Assembly: GCF_032444005.1 (NCBI RefSeq)
Contig: NC_091290.1
Coordinates: 20,646,001 to 20,710,000 of the forward strand
Source: Ranitomeya imitator
Lineage: Eukaryota
DNA: 64,000 bases
Direction of reading: 5' to 3'
In this document: positions 51,319 through 60,300 of the stretch, one piece after another
Position numbering within the stretch: the first letter of the stretch is position 1
How the letters are laid out: the number at the start of each line of letters is the position of its first letter
The notes under the pieces: generated by a model
Seen by the model: the letters and a program-made list of their open reading frames with translations, nothing else
Database searches by the model: none
What the model was told of the DNA's origin: nothing
Program-made: the position numbers and the translations under genes

Positions 51319-54300
51319 TATGGCCAAAGCGCTGATTCCCTCCGTAGGCCATGTCTGTATTGCCGAGCCCCTAAAATACCAGAACAGCACAACCTGCCAA
51401 ATAGTGACCTATTTTCAAAGCTATACAAATGAGAGAATTCTCCTAAGAGAACAGTTTGTACTTTGACCACAAGGACTATTCAAAGAATTTTAAACAATTT
51501 TTAAATGAAAAATTATATTTTTCTCAATAATGTTTTGTTTTCAGGCAAGTTTTTTTTTTTTTCATTTTAAGAAAAAAGAACCAAACACATGTTTCACAAT
51601 TTCTCTCATATATGCCAATACTCTATAAGTGAACGTAAACTGCTATTTGGCTCAGGGCTAGGAGCGTAGCAGTCATTCTGACCCATCACTGTTTTCCAGA
51701 AATTATTCTGCAATATCTTGTGCAATTGAAAAATTGCAGTTTTACCAGTTAGATATGCCATTTCACTGACCAATATGATTCGCACAGATTCTACCACTGT
51801 AAAACACAGCTCTCTAAATGGTGTGCTTTATTTGCTTGCTTTAAAAGCTCCGATACCGGAGGTCATAATGTTTATAAAACATTTCTCCGAAAATGTACGA
51901 CATACTGTACGTTTCATAATTGTACTTTGTCAGTCCATTACAGTCTACGGCTCTGACGAGTGGCGTTTCCAAATATATTAACGTTTTTTCACCAGACTTA
52001 ATGGAGAGATCGTGATAAGAAAAGCCCTTAAACTCTGCAGCACACAGGGTATAGTAAAGTTTTTTGGGGAAGTGTTGATTGAAAAAAAAAAATAGCAATT
52101 CCATCACTGTTTCTTGGGGTTTTGGTTTTATAGCGTTCACCATGTGACATGTTAACTTTATTATGCAGGCCATAAGAATTACGGTGTCATGAACAAAAAA
52201 AATACACTTTATCTACTAAAATGCATTTTGTGTTATTCTCATCTGAAAGTCCCAACTTTTTCATTTTCAGTCAACAGAGGGCTAAGAGGTAATAAATCCC
52301 ATCTGTGTCACTAAACACTCTACTCTGAGAGAGAGAAGTGGCCAAAAATGCACAAGAGAATAAAACTAATAAAAAAAATAACAATTTTATTAAATTTAAA
52401 CACTAAATTAGACATACAGAAAATGATTGAAACAAAACAAATGCCTCTAATGTGAGGGACGCTGCTGGCTAAGGACCCCATTAAACACACACCTTGTAAT
52501 GATAAGTACACATTAACAATCGAAAGAATAGAGGTAGCTTGCCTATCATGGCCAGTATAAAAAGCCTCAAAAGAAAATGAATGCTTAAATTGCTGGTGCT
52601 TGAGTAGGTTTATACTGGTCAGTGGCATATATTTGAATGCATGCAGATGTATCAAGGCCCAGATGTATCAAGGCAACAGCCTCAATGTCCTGAGACACTG
52701 CTATTTGCTAAAGGAACATGCCACCATTACAAGCCTAAATGAGTCAATGTGCCTGCATAACGTGCTGCTACTCAACATAAGAAAAAGGGCTAAGAGTCAT
52801 AGAATATTACCTTTAGTGTGTGTGCGGTGTACGAGCTGCGTCCCTCCACCACAACGCATGTTTCGTCCCCACTTTTTCACGCCCCCCTCCAGATTTTATG
52901 TTTGCTAGTTCTGCACAACTTTAATCTTTTTTTTGTTGCCATATTCCAGGAGCCATAAAGTTTTTTTTGTTTTTTTCCACCTACAAATCTGTATGTGGGC
53001 TTGTTTTTAGCAGACAAGAATTTGATCAAATAGTACTATTTCCTATTCATATGAATATCATGTGATTATCCAGGTTAAGGAGTGAAGATCTTCTCTATGA
53101 ATGTGATGAGTGTAGGAAGAGACCAGCCTATGATGAGAGCTGCTCGTGTAGGCCAACAATGTGAGAGTGAGACAGCTATTGTGAAAGAAAAAGCCATGTG
53201 TCATGGAGTGCATGGATAATGGTGAGAGCTCTGGAAGTGAACTGAGGAAGGGAAGAGTCCTGAATGTAGTGTAAGCGAAATTCTGGAGGATGAAATGTGG
53301 CCTGACATGTGTTAGTATACAGAGTGGGTCATATATGGGGAAAAACCTGGGTGGGCCATGTATATGGATACACCTAAATAAAATGGGAATGGTTGGTGAT
53401 ATCAACTTCCTGTTTGTGGCACATTATTATATGGGAGGGGGAAAACTTTTCAAGATGGGTGGTGACCATGGAGGCCATTTTGTAGTTGGCCATTTTGGAT
53501 GTATCTTTATGAATGGCCCACCCAGGTGCATCCATATAAATGGCCCACCCTGTATAGTATATTCTAATAACTGTAAAAATGTTAAGCACTGTTTAAAGAC
53601 TAGGCCTCTTATTGAGTAAAGTCCAAAGACTGTCTTGAGAATAATTTCACCCTGCCGCAAGACAGTCCCCAACCAGTGCTATACTACAGTACTGTATAAA
53701 CAGCAGCTATATACCATCCGGCGCTCCCCTCACATACACCATAGAGTTATCCCTTACCATTCATCTCTGTTGTTACCACGACAGCATACGCCACTATGTC
53801 TCCATAGGAAGCATGAAAAGGTGAGAACTCAACAGACATTGCACTATGGAGTACAGATGGGTTATTCTGAATGTCGTTATCGGATAGACCTATGGAGAGA
53901 TCTGCATAAAACAAGTTAATTGGACTGAAAATCTGTAAATTAATGTGGCATAATATTTTTTTTGCTTTTACCGTATATATAGTGGATAGTACTGTTTCTG
54001 CGTTTCCCATGCTTCCTCCCTGCAGTTGTTTTATACAGATGGAAAGCAAATAGTGTTCTGGTCATCCAAGCTACCACTGCATTTAAAGGGAACTTGTCAC
54101 CCCAAAAATCGAAGGTGAGCCCACCGGCATCAGGGGCTTATCTACAACATTCTGTGATGCTGTAGCTAAGACCCCGATGTATCCTGAAAGATGAGAAAAA
54201 GAGGTTAGATTATACTCACCCAGGGGCGGTCCCAGTTCTGTTCTAGTCCAATGGGTGTCGCGGTCTGGTCTGGGGCCTCCCATCTTCTTACGATGACGTC

Positions 54301-57300
54301 CTCTTCTTGTCTTCATGCTGCGGCTCCGGCGCAGGCGTACTTTGTCTGTCCTGTTGAGGGCAAAGCAAAGTACTGCAGTGCGCAGGTGTCGGGAAAGGTC
54401 AGAGAGGCCTGGCGCCTGCGCACTGCAGTACTTTTCTTGACCCTCAACAGGGCAGACAAAGTACGCCTGCGCCGGAGCCACAGCCTGAAGACAAGAAGAG
54501 GATGTCATCGTAAGAAGATGGGATGCCCCAGACCGGACCGCAACGCCCATCGAACCAGAACAGAACCGGGACCGCTCCTGGGTGAGTATAATCTAACCTC
54601 TTTTTCTCATCTTTAAGGATACATCGGGGACTTATCTACAGCATTACAGAATGCTGAAGATAAGCCCCTGATACCGGTGGGCTTATCTCATGTTCGATTT
54701 TGGGGGGGACAGGTTCCCTTTAAAGTCTATGGGGCTGATGCAGACATCCAAGTACAATGCTCGTTAGTTTCCTTCAGCCTGTAGACAGGTGGATGGTTGC
54801 AGCTGCATGTGTCGTGGCCGTGTCACTATCACAGCACATGCATGGAGAGCCCAACAAACAGGCTCTCCATGCATGTGTTGTGACTGTGACACAGCCGCGA
54901 ATCATGCAGCTGTTGCGCCGATCAGCTGATTGGCCGGTGCTATCCAGGAAGCCTGATTTCCCACTGCAGCTTATTCGGCAAGCGCTAGACTTAGCCGAAT
55001 AAGAGGGAACCCGAGAAAATTCGCTCATCTATACTTGTGACCAGAACAGTCAATCAGCCTCCTCCAAATGAAAAGCAACTTTCCAATTTGAGGTGTTCTT
55101 CTTAGAACTAGGCTGATGGCTTCATTTGGCGGAGACAAACTTGTCATAATACTATATAATTACTATTTATACTACGATATTACTATATACACAAAATCAT
55201 GTCCCCAACAAGTTTTAAAGTATAGATAAAGTGGCCAACTCCTTTAATCTAATGAGTATATAACCTTTAAACATTAGGGACATGTGATGTGACGCGTTGT
55301 CCATGCTCATATCGCGTGACCTAATGCTCCAATTACAGAGATTAGGCCTTATTCATATTGAAGCAGAAAACCCATTTAATGAATATTCTTGAAAAAAGGG
55401 AAAGTGTCTGCTTTATAAATATATCTACTGCAGTAAAGCAAAAAACAATGCATCCAGTATCTCAGAAAATGAATAAGTTACAGATATATTTATGTCTCCT
55501 ATACCTGTATAAGTAGATTCCACAGAGCTAATTTCTGAGATTGTATTAACAGATGCTACATCTGTTTTAGTTATTAAAGAGTAAGGACCCATGTAGTCTG
55601 TCAACGATACCAGAGATTGATCTTCAATGATGGTGTCTGTGGTTAGGTCATACTGGATAATATTAAAGCCAGCGATGCTGACCCTGAAATTCAGAAAAAC
55701 ATTATTGTAGTTAGTGTTGTCCGCGAAAGTGGTGCCAAAGTAAAATGCTATTTCATTCACATTTGTATCGTGAAGTCATTCACCTCAATGCATAACCTGT
55801 GGGGGTTCTCTAGCATCGCGCACCATATGTTCTGTCTTCTAGAAGCCCCCAGGCAGCAGGGACTGAATGCAACTGTAACCAATGCACCTCTCTAAAATGG
55901 GTCTACTTTTATTATCATTCAAAATATTATATAATTATATACACCATATTCCAAATTATTATACAAATTGGATTTAAGTGTCATAAAGATTTAATTGTTT
56001 TGTTTTTCAAATAAACTCATGGATGGTATTGTGTCTCAAGACTCAATGGATCACTGAAATCAATCTTAAACACATGTGATAATTAGTTTTCCAGGTGATT
56101 CTAATTAAAGGAAAGCTACTTAAAAATGATGTTCCACATTATTAAGCAGGCCACAGCTTTCAAGCAATATGGGAAATAAAACGGATCTCTCTGCTGCTAA
56201 AAAGCGTTAAATAGTGCAATGCCTTGGACAAGGTATGAAAACATTAGATATTCTACGAAAACTTAAGAGTGATCATCATACTGTGAAGAGACTTGTGATT
56301 GAAACAGAGCACAGACAGAATTCATGCAGATAAAGGCATAATGAGGAAGGTTTCTGCCAGACAAATTCATTGGATTAAGAGAGCAGCTGCCAAAATACCA
56401 CTACAAAGCAGCAAACAGTCATTTGAAGCTGCTGGTGCCTCTGGAGTCTCTCGAACCTCAAGGTGTAGGATCCTTCAAAGGCTTGCTGTGGTGCATAAAC
56501 CTACTATTCTGCCACCCTAAACAGTGTTCACAAGCAGAAACGGTTGCAGTGGGCCCAGATAGATATGAAGACTAATTTCCAAACAGTCTTGTTTACTGAT
56601 GAGCAACCCTGGATGGTCCAGATGGATGGAGTATTGGATGATCGGTGGATGGCCACCATGTCCCAACAAGGCTGCCACGTCAGCAAGGAGGTAGAGGAAT
56701 CACATTTTGGGCCGGAATCATGGGGAAACAGCTGGTAGGGCCCTTTAAGGTTCCTGAAGGTGTGAAAATGACCTCTGCAAAGAATATAGAATTTCTGACT
56801 GACAACTTTCTTCCATGGTCTAAACAGCAGAAACATGCCTTCGGGAGCAAAATCATCTTCATGCTGACAATGCACCATCTCATGCTGCAAAGAATACCCC
56901 TGAGTCATTGGCTGCTAGGGGCATAATAGGAGATAAACTCATGGTGTGGCCACCATCTTCACCTGACCTCAACCCTATAGAGAACCTTTGGAGAATCATC
57001 AAACAAAAGATCTATGAGGGAGGGAGGCAGTTCACATCAAAATAGCAGCTCTGGGAGGCTATTCTGACTTCATGCAAACAAATACAAGCATAAACTCTCC
57101 AAAAACTCACAAGTTCAATGGATGCAAGAATTGTGAAGGTGACATCAAAGAAGGGTCCTATGTTAACATGTAACTTGGCCTGTTAGGCCATGTTCACACA
57201 GTGCGTTTTTTTCTGTGGAACCGCAGCGTTTTTGCCGCTGCGGTTCCGCAGCTGTTTTCCATGCAGGGTACAGTACAATGTACCCTATGGAAAACAGGAA

Positions 57301-60300
57301 CCACTGTGCACATGATGCGGGAATCGGGAAAAAAAGCCGCGCTGAATAGCCGCGGTAAAAAAGAAGTACCATGTCACTTCTTTTTTCGGAGCCGCAGTGG
57401 TTCTGCACCCATAGACCTCCATTGTGAGGTCAAACCCGCAGTAAAACCCGCAGATCAAAAATATATCTGCGGGTTTTATTGCGGTTTGTGGTGCCGAACC
57501 GCTGCAGCAGGAAGTGCGGGGAAGCGGGCGGAAGTGCGTGGGCGGAGTGTGGCTGCCCCGATCCCACCCCCCATGCTCCGATGCCCCCCCCCCCGTGCTC
57601 CAATGCCCCCCCCGTGCTCCGATGCCCCCCGTGCCCTAATCTCCCCCCCTTATACTTACCCGGCCTCCCGGTGTCCGTCCGGCCGTCTTCTCCCTGGGCG
57701 CCGCCATCTTGCAAAATGGCGGGCGCATGCGCAGTGCGCCCGCCGAATCTGCCGGCCGGCAGATTCGTTCCAAAGTGCATTTTGATCACTGAGATAGGTT
57801 ATATCTCAGTGATCAAAATAAAAAAAATAGTAAATGACACCCCCCCCCTTTGTCACCCCCATAGGTAGGGACAATAAAAAAATTAAGAATTTTTTTTTTT
57901 CCACTAAGGTTAGAGTAGGGGTAGGGTTAGGGGTAGGGGTAGGGGTAGGGTTAGGGTATTTTCAGCCATTTTAACCCTAAAAAACTTCCTAGAAAACACA
58001 CAGACTCTGCATAGAAAACTGCATAAAAAAACGCATCAAAAAAACGCACCAAAAAAGCACCAAAAAAAGGACCTGCGTTTTCTGCAAAGAGCTGCGGTTT
58101 CAGTCCTGAAAAAAAAAGGAGGGAAATCAGGAACGTGTGAACATACCCTTAGGAGGTTTTTGGAGTTAAATAGCTTTTTTGTTCAGTGAATGTGACCTCC
58201 TAATGCTGCAAATTCCACAAATGAGCATTTTCAGTTCTTTAAAACCAAATGTTTAGAGATTCTACTGTGCCTCATAATTTGGAGCAGTGCATTGTGAGTT
58301 TGTATTCATTTTGGAGATTATACTGTTATCATTGGGAGGTTTCTTCAATAAAATTCGATGTATAATCTAACGGGTGATGACTTTTATTAGACTGACTGTC
58401 ATTTGCACCAACCATTTAGGAAAATCCAAGAAAAATATTTGCATAATAATTTGGAACCAAAATCTCCAAAATCTGTCTTTTAAAGTTAAAAACTTAGTGC
58501 GGGTACCTGTACTGTAACTCGGGGTCTAGTGGTCCATTAAAATAAGAATGAGTCTTTGTTCCATCACCCACATGAACCCCTATCTTTTTTGACTGCGCAA
58601 ATCTTGCAATCAGTTCTTCCCCAAGGATGGAGGTGACATAGGTGTCGGTCAGCTTGTTCTTAAAATCGTCATAGGTTTTCGATAATATCCCCTGAGGTGG
58701 TTGGTCAGCTAAAATAGAAATAGGAGTTTACATTTTTTTACATAACTGGAAACAAAAGGGACAAGAGCCCTCATAACATTAGAGGTAGAAAACCATGATG
58801 GTACAATCCTTATAAATTGGGCTCACCTACTACCTGGTACCTTTTCTAATACACGGCAGCAATCTTATAAAGGATATGAATGGTTATAAAGAGGTGCTCA
58901 TTATAACCATTTTTCACTTAAGAGATGAGGATTCTAAACAAGGGTCCCCCACTATGAATTCAGAATTCCTAAATAATATGTATGTATAGAGTGTTTTAAA
59001 CTAGACATTTAAATGTGATGTTCTTAGTGAAAATTTTCGTCACAATGTGTGAGCCCATCTGCCATGTCTAGGACTCTACACAAACTGTATACTTGTATAA
59101 CATAGCAATCACCTCTGAGCGCTTCTCTGACTGTGATGGGCAGGATCAGCATTGCCCACTTATGGAGTGGAGGAAGAGACCGCTCTATGAAATGAGCTGT
59201 CCCTGTAGGCCAAGGATGTGCTAGAGAGAGAAAGCTGTAAGAAAAAGCCAGCTCTGTCATGGAGTGCATGGGCAAGGGTGAGAGCTGTCCGGAGGTGAAC
59301 TAACGGAGGAAGAGTTCCATTGCAGAGTGTGAGGGAAATTATGGAGGCTGAAATGTGGCCTGAACATTGTTCATTGTACATTTTTTTGTTTTGCAACAAC
59401 TGTGTTCCAAAAACTGTAAATATGGTAAAGTTTAAGGACTATGCCTCTCATTGAGTGAAGTTATCACTTCTCACAGGCTGTCTTGTGAATGCTTTTACAT
59501 TGCCATAAGAATATAGTCCCCAACCAGGGACATCCTACAGCTCTTACCGTTCATCTCTGTTGTTACTACGGCAGCATACGCCACTATGTCTCCATACGAA
59601 GCATGAAAAGGTGAGAACTCAACAGATATTACACCATGTTCATTGGGTTGTGAACCTGTAAATTAACATAGTATCATATTTTTATATTATTTGCTATACT
59701 TCATTCTCCTTAAAAACTGATTTTATGCTAATTTCAGCTTTAGAAGGACTTAAGAGTAAAAACATGTTGATCATCTATCCACAAAACACAGTTGACTGTA
59801 GCCCCCGACCTTGAGAGCCACAAGATCTCTAGAGTTTCTGAGCATACCATACTTCTTTCCTACAGCCATTGTATAGAGATGAGATGCAAATAAAATGGTG
59901 TTCATCCAAGCTGACGCTGATTTCAAAGTTTATGCAGTAAAGCAAAAAAACAATGCCTCCTATATCACAGAAAATGAATAAATAATATATATGTTTATGG
60001 GTCATATACCTGTGTAAGTAGATTCGACTGAGCCAATTTTTGAGATTGTATTAAAGGAAGTTAGACTTGTCTCAGTTGTTAAAGAGTAAGGACCCATGTA
60101 GTCTGTGAAAGATACCATAGATTGATCTTCAATGATGGTGTCTGTGGTTAGGTCATACTGGATAATATTAAAGCCAGCGATGCTGACCCTGAAAATCAGA
60201 AGATGATTATTGTAGATAGTGAGGATTATTAAAGGAGTGGCAAAGTAAAAACATTTACTGTCACATTCATAGCTAGAAGTTGCAATTTTACTAATAAGCA

